Of a stretch of 64,000 nucleotides of DNA, positions 63,282 through 64,000 are shown one piece after another (within the stretch, counting starts at the first letter, position 1; every line of letters begins with the position of its first letter). The translations under genes and the position numbers were made by a program. The notes below the pieces were generated by a model. It was not told the origin of the DNA, did not search any database, and was given only the letters and a program-made list of their open reading frames with translations. Location: assembly GCF_964355755.1 (NCBI RefSeq), contig NC_092677.1:1820101-1884100 (forward strand), in the 5' to 3' direction. Source of the stretch: Antedon mediterranea. Its lineage: Eukaryota > Animalia > Echinodermata.

Positions 63282-63360
63282 ATGATTACAAGAAGAATTG
63301 TGTTGTCGTGTTTGACGTTGGCAACGTTTTTAGCCAATGTTCATCGATGCAGGGCGCAAG
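63282..63360 (+). CDS. Probable first coding exon (signal peptide) of a secreted or membrane protein continuing beyond the window
   Basis: Acceptor tttatttcag| at 63231; MITRRIVLSCLTLATFLANVHRCRAQ followed by a phase-1 donor G|GTAAGG; basic n-region, hydrophobic core and C-R-A cleavage-like site; short uORF at 63247-63267. Confidence 0.65.
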
Positions 63361-64000
63361 GTAAGGATAAAAATGTCAAAACAATACATTATCACTTTTA
63401 TTCTTTTACTATTAAAATAAAAAACAAAACAATTGAAAAATTGAAATGAAATTTCATCTGTGTTTGGTAATATAATAATTCAAATATTAAAATGTTGAAT
63501 CATACCATTTTCGTCTGGACTATATTATCATTCTTCAAGCAATTCGAGTAATGCACTGCAATGCCAACAAAGTATGTTAGAATCTTTAAGAATTCTGAAA
63601 TTCGCAATATAAAGTCTAGTGTTTTAAAAATTGGAACGATATCAGTTAAATTATTCTACTATTGTGTATGGAGAAGTGACAACCTTTACTGTGACCTTGG
63701 CTGATTGGAAAAACTCTGCCTCTGCCAAACACAATCAGAAGTTACTAGGTGACATCATTACCATTAACCAATCAAAATGCTTGATTTCTTTCCTTAGCTA
63801 ATACCACTGTTGCATTTTGCTACTCCCCTGTTGATACACAGTTTTATTTTCTCTTCTGCCTCCTAAAGAGACTATTTGAATTCACAGCAGGCGGGCTGGT
63901 TAATCGACGTGAGGTGGAGTAGATAGCGTGCCGATGCAACTCATATCATTTTAAACCTGACCCATCCAATATGTATTTAGGAATTGATGCGTAATGTCGT

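Overview
AT-rich, intron-containing animal genomic DNA (an invertebrate by inference; the species cannot be determined from the sequence). The minus strand carries two complete spliced genes. The first is an unusually large Sp17/SPA17-family gene (18 coding exons, 267-18580, about 971 aa if all exons are used) with an RIIa D/D domain, six IQ motifs, an array of eight duplicated phase-0 mini-exons and a 1080-nt acidic exon. The second is a 7-coding-exon persulfide dioxygenase ETHE1 (19585-22962, about 299 aa). A plus-strand signal-peptide exon at 63282-63360 begins a third gene whose 5' UTR introns may span much of 28-63 kb. The rest is minisatellites, MITEs with piggyBac-, Kolobok-, Harbinger-, pogo- and hAT-like termini, Helentron-like elements, a tRNA-derived SINE and L2 remnants. 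The most distinctive signal is a dense record of apparent transposon excision scars: tiny CATGG/CAGGG hairpins flanked by 7-bp target duplications (P/Galileo type), TACWGTA scars (Tc1/mariner type, with two internal controls), and TAGGCCTA motifs that fall in frame in the ETHE1 mitochondrial leader. Most ORFs in the provided track are repeat or antisense artefacts.
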